NCBI GenBank assembly: GCA_029210695.1 | Contig: JARGFH010000035.1 | Span: 1-40,911, forward strand | Reading direction: 5' to 3' | Length of the DNA: 40,911 nt | Source: Acidimicrobiia bacterium | Lineage (GTDB): Bacteria; Actinomycetota; Acidimicrobiia; Spongiisociales; JAHEDJ01 | In this document: piece after piece, positions 40,839 through 40,911 of the stretch | How positions within the stretch are numbered: the stretch's first letter is position 1 | How the letters are laid out: each line of letters opens with the position of its first letter | The notes under the pieces: generated by a model | The model's input: the letters and a program-made list of their open reading frames with translations, nothing else | Databases searched by the model: none | What the model was told of the DNA's origin: nothing | Made by a program: the position numbers and the translations under genes

Positions 40839-40911
40839 AGACACCCCAGGGTTGTATCTTGTCAAGCGGCGGCTTTGTCTCGTGTTGTCTGGCGGTGGGC
40901 CCAGGCGGTGT
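40839..40911 (-). mobile_element. Probable 3' end of an IS110-family element, including the last transposase codons
   Basis: Minus strand reads ...TAWAHRQTTRDKAAA-stop (stop at 40864-40862), then TTGACA...CCCTGGGGTGTCT. This resembles actinobacterial IS110 tails as I recall them. Confidence 0.55.

Overview
High-GC bacterial DNA, most likely from an actinobacterium of the Acidimicrobiia type. This is inferred from the SLH/L,D-transpeptidase fusion, an actinobacterial-style LexA box and the prsA-mazG-eno-divIC-DUF501-tRNA-Leu gene order. From left to right the window holds: a probable IS end; a receiver/HEAT-repeat/processive GT2 operon; an SLH L,D-transpeptidase; a ~19.5 kb cluster for selenium-dependent molybdenum-hydroxylase purine catabolism (ygfK, ssnA, ygfM-like, xdhD, xdhC, yqeB, yqeC, an embedded acr3, a Se-dependent XDH-like gene and a BMP-family ABC importer); an orphan lipoprotein; a 50-bp tandem hairpin array broken by an N gap; the core eno block; tRNA-Leu(UAA) followed by a ~640-bp mini-island bounded by a degenerate copy of the tRNA 3' end and encoding a His-rich secreted peptide; aceK; a GNAT/acyl-CoA-synthetase (Pat-like) fusion; dinB with an SOS box; abfD; and the tail of a probable IS110 element. 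At least three families of short intergenic repeats are visible. All product calls rest on motif recognition by eye, and no searches were run.
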